From assembly GCA_007130865.1 (NCBI GenBank), contig SLRR01000104.1:1159-65158 (forward strand): DNA of 64,000 nt. Direction: 5' to 3'. This document shows positions 62,297 through 64,000 of the stretch, piece after piece. Numbering within the stretch: position 1 is the first letter of the stretch; each line of letters starts with the position of its first letter. The stretch is from Spirochaeta sp. (GTDB taxonomy: Bacteria; Spirochaetota; Spirochaetia; DSM-27196; Alkalispirochaetaceae). Position numbers and translations under genes: made by a program. Below the pieces are notes generated by a model. It made no database searches. It worked only from the letters and a program-made list of their open reading frames with translations, and was not told the origin of the DNA.

Positions 62297-62815
62297 ATGA
62301 CGATAGCGGTGATGAGCGATGTCCACGACAACATCTGGAATCTGGAACAGGCACTGCGCCGGATGAGGGACTACGACCCGGAGACGCTGCTGTTTCTGGG
62401 AGACTTCTGCGCCCCCTTCAGCCTCGCGCAGATCGCGGAGGGTTTCTCCGGGCCCGTCCACGCTGTGTTCGGCAATAACGACGGAGACCCGTTCCTGCTG
62501 AGTCGTATCGCCTCGGGATATCCCCACGTATCGCTCCACGGGCAGATGGCGGACCTGGAGCTTAACGGCGTCCGTATTGCGCTCAACCACTACCCCGAGA
62601 TCGCGCGACCGATCGCGCTCTCCGGACAGTACCGGGCGGTCTTCAGCGGTCACGACCACCGGAGGTACACGGAGCAGCTCGGAGAGACGCTCTGGGCGAA
62701 CCCGGGTGAGGTGATGGGCCGGTTCGGTGAACCCTCGTTCGGGATATACGATTCGGAACAGGGCACGTTCCAGCACGTAGACATCGCACTTACCGGCGCT
62801 GTCGGCGGTCCATGA
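62297..62815 (+). CDS. Metallophosphoesterase (YfcE-like)
   Basis: SDVHDN, LGD, FGNND, GHDH, NPGE; AAGGAG SD. Confidence 0.88.
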   Translation: MTIAVMSDVHDNIWNLEQALRRMRDYDPETLLFLGDFCAPFSLAQIAEGFSGPVHAVFGNNDGDPFLLSRIASGYPHVSLHGQMADLELNGVRIALNHYPEIARPIALSGQYRAVFSGHDHRRYTEQLGETLWANPGEVMGRFGEPSFGIYDSEQGTFQHVDIALTGAVGGP

Positions 62816-64000
62816 GAAAAACGGACCGTTATACCGTTCCCTTTCCCGCGGCGGAACTACCCGCGTCGACGGTTTACCGTGACCGGTTCCGGGAGTTTCC
62901 CTTCTGGTACCGCTGGTATCTCCGGCTACTGGCGATCGTGAACGGACTCTCGATCGAACAGATCGTCCGTCGGCAGGACCTGTTCGACTTGAAACGACGC
63001 CTCGCGACGATAGCGGAGGACCAGGTGGATTCCTCGATCCCGGCGTTGCTTCCGGGATTCCTCGCCAGGCTGCGGATCATAGACGCAAACCGTCGCCGGA
63101 TATCCGGTGCGCTCGAAGAAATATCCGGTAACGGCCGCGGTGCATTTCTCAGCGAGACGATCGCCCGCGTGGACCCGGAAATACACCATACGTTGACCGA
63201 CGCCGCCGCTGTCCCCGAGACCCTTCTGGAAAGCACGGAGACGCCTCTCGCGGTCGCACGGGAAGCGGTGAGAACGCACCTGGCAGAGGAGCTCGAACAG
63301 CACCTTGTAGCGATCGAGACACATCTCGGACCGCTCTGGAGAAGCGTCCAGGCGTTGAACGTACTGCGACGGTATGATATGAGTCCGCTTTTCCCTCCAA
63401 CGGAAGCAGCAGGACTGGTACGCGTCCCCCTCAGACCGGTCCGCGTCACCCTGCAGGAGTTGTACCAGGTACTCGATCTCGTACGGCGCAATACCAACAG
63501 GACCGCCACGGAGATCGCCTGGGAGTACGTACGGCACAAGGCGCGACTCAATCCCGGCCCGCCGGGAGCGATCTGGAGCGCCGTGGAGGAGTTCCTCCAC
63601 GCGGCCCCCCTGCTTGAGATCGTCCGCGTAGCCTGGGACGAACCGTACCTCGAGATCAAGGCTGTAACGGTACGATCCGAGTGGTGGGAATCGTTCCGGC
63701 AGGCCCGTATGAACGCCGCACTCGAGAGAGTCGGATCCCAGCTGCTGGCACGCAGGATCGACCAGGTGCGGGAACTACTCTCCCGGGAGTTTCTTATCGA
63801 TCGTGATCCTCCGGGCTGGTTGCCGTCGGAACTCTACCCCGCCAGCCTGGGAAACACCCTGCTTCTCGCGGGGAGCGAGTTTTTTCACGATACGCGGCGC
63901 GTCGTCACCCAGCTTGTGATCGATGGAGTTTTCCATCACCTCGATACGCGCAACGCACTGCACCATGCAGCGCTCCGGATCGATCAGTCCCTGAACCGGC
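62812..64000 (+). CDS. Hypothetical protein, truncated by window end (spirochaete DUF5312-like)
   Basis: ATG overlaps the upstream stop; frame open to the window end (MRKTDRY..PFWYRWYLRLL..EWWESFR); absent from the supplied ORF track. Confidence 0.6.
   Translation, partial: MRKTDRYTVPFPAAELPASTVYRDRFREFPFWYRWYLRLLAIVNGLSIEQIVRRQDLFDLKRRLATIAEDQVDSSIPALLPGFLARLRIIDANRRRISGALEEISGNGRGAFLSETIARVDPEIHHTLTDAAAVPETLLESTETPLAVAREAVRTHLAEELEQHLVAIETHLGPLWRSVQALNVLRRYDMSPLFPPTEAAGLVRVPLRPVRVTLQELYQVLDLVRRNTNRTATEIAWEYVRHKARLNPGPPGAIWSAVEEFLHAAPLLEIVRVAWDEPYLEIKAVTVRSEWWESFRQARMNAALERVGSQLLARRIDQVRELLSREFLIDRDPPGWLPSELYPASLGNTLLLAGSEFFHDTRRVVTQLVIDGVFHHLDTRNALHHAALRIDQSLNR

Overview
GC-rich, gene-dense bacterial chromosome segment, most likely from a free-living spirochaete (Spirochaetaceae-like). 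This assignment is inferred from gene content: tRNA-Arg(UCG), CCA-less tRNA genes, a CPA2-PTS IIA fusion and spirochaete-type hypothetical proteins. It is mostly core genome: 3' end of aroC, an ABC-F ATPase, extended rarA, 8 tRNAs, tig-clpP-clpX-lon-argF, nrnA, rdgB, pepF, a Dpp/Gsi peptide ABC transporter, hisB, a PfkB kinase, metH, alaX, an 8-gene Mrp/Mbh-type antiporter, a RecQ-like helicase, nth-queG-diguanylate cyclase, tdh-kbl with an XRE-cupin regulator, and an RlmI-like methyltransferase. I saw no mobile elements, CRISPR arrays or rRNA. The most interesting signals are regulatory: (1) a near-consensus sigma-54 promoter in front of a divergent sigma-70-like protein, a possible RpoN-to-alternative-sigma cascade; (2) a structured leader RNA before metH that I cannot assign to a known riboswitch; (3) about ten genes with -35/-10 boxes only 6-7 nt before the ATG, predicting widespread leaderless mRNAs; (4) a mirror-symmetric promoter/operator between tdh and its regulator; (5) a degenerate ThyX-like gene. 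All calls come from reading motifs by eye; no searches were run.
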